Shown here: piece by piece, positions 63,489 to 64,000 of the stretch
How the letters are laid out: each line of letters opens with the position of its first letter
Numbering within the stretch: the first letter of the stretch is position 1
Origin: an uncultured Christensenellaceae bacterium
Lineage (GTDB): Bacteria > Bacillota > Clostridia > Christensenellales > CAG-1252
Length of the DNA stretch: 64,000 nucleotides
Direction of reading: 5' to 3'
NCBI GenBank assembly: GCA_964561145.1
Contig: CAZLNZ010000005.1
Coordinates: forward strand, 3,449 to 67,448
Translations under genes and position numbers: made by a program
Notes under the pieces: generated by a model
Databases searched by the model: none
What the model was told of the DNA's origin: nothing
What the model saw: the letters and a program-made list of their open reading frames with translations, nothing else

Positions 63489-64000
63489 TAAGTTGAGGGT
63501 CGAGATATACGGAGAATCGCACGGAGATTTAATCGGGCTTAAGCTTTATGGTCTACCAAAAAACTTTAAGGTTGATATTCCTTCGTTGACTTCTTTTGTC
63601 GAGAGAAGAAAAAGTGGCAACAATTCGTGGTCTACACCAAGAAGAGAAGGCGACTCTTTTGAGTTCTTATCGGGAATAAATGAAGATATGACCGACGGAG
63701 ATGTGCTTGAGGTGGTAATAAAGAACACAGATAAAAAAAGTGAGGATTATAATGAATTGGCATATACCCCCAGACCCTCGCATGCCGATTATGTAGCAAC
63801 GGTAAAGGACGGAGTTCCTGCGTGTCCTAAGGGAGGCGGTCGTTTTTCCGGTCGTCTTACAGCTCCATTGGTGGTAGCAGGAGGAATTGCAAAGCAAATT
63901 CTTGAGGAGAGAGGAATCGAAGTTTTATCGTATATTCGCAAAATCGGCGAAATAAGCGGCGAAAGTTACCTAACCGAAGAGATTACAGCCGAGGATATAA
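63475..64000 (+). CDS. aroC: Chorismate synthase, 3'-truncated by the window end
   Basis: ATG 63475 lies 5 nt after GGAGG (63465-63469) and overlaps the aroA end by 14 nt. Frame 1 is open to the window edge. The sequence is MSAFDKLRVEIYGESHGDLIGLKLYGLP...RPSHADY...GGGRFSGRLTAPLVVAGG. The gene is missing from the ORF track only because it has no stop codon in the window. Confidence 0.85.
   Translation, partial: MSAFDKLRVEIYGESHGDLIGLKLYGLPKNFKVDIPSLTSFVERRKSGNNSWSTPRREGDSFEFLSGINEDMTDGDVLEVVIKNTDKKSEDYNELAYTPRPSHADYVATVKDGVPACPKGGGRFSGRLTAPLVVAGGIAKQILEERGIEVLSYIRKIGEISGESYLTEEITAEDI

Overview
About 77% of this window is one stop-free frame-1 ORF. It runs from the window edge to a TAA at 49558-49560 and encodes a repeat-built, extracellular adhesin-like protein of more than 16,500 aa whose N-terminus lies upstream of the window. 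All domain calls here come from reading motifs by eye; no searches were run. The order I read is: Listeria-Bacteroides (Flg_new) repeats (1-5770); a mixed segment with two paralogous beta-sandwich-like modules (to 9060); a roughly 1,400-aa GLUG-motif region (9061-13260); roughly a hundred MBG/YDG-type adhesin repeats (~13700-45700); a segment mixing MBG units with an unassigned Tyr-rich module (45750-48000); a short second GLUG block; and a unique C-terminus with no LPXTG, TM or other anchor I can recognise. Four genes of 977, 284, 773 and 920 aa follow with gaps of only 2-12 nt. Each has a single N-terminal hydrophobic segment. Three carry a TasA/camelysin-style (SipW-type) A-[WY]-[FW] motif right after it, and they share unassigned Tyr-rich modules with the giant protein. 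I read this as a five-gene giant-adhesin system with dedicated partner proteins, and it matches no system I know. Downstream lie a GNAT acetyltransferase, then a near-consensus promoter, then a 23-codon Phe/Tyr-rich leader peptide with a terminator/antiterminator switch, then a compact aroF-tyrA-aroB-aroA-aroC' operon (aroC is cut by the window end). I saw no rRNA, tRNA, CRISPR, IS or phage features. Strong AGGAGG ribosome-binding sites, low GC and a Thermotoga-type DAHP synthase suggest a Bacillota-like host, but this is weak inference.
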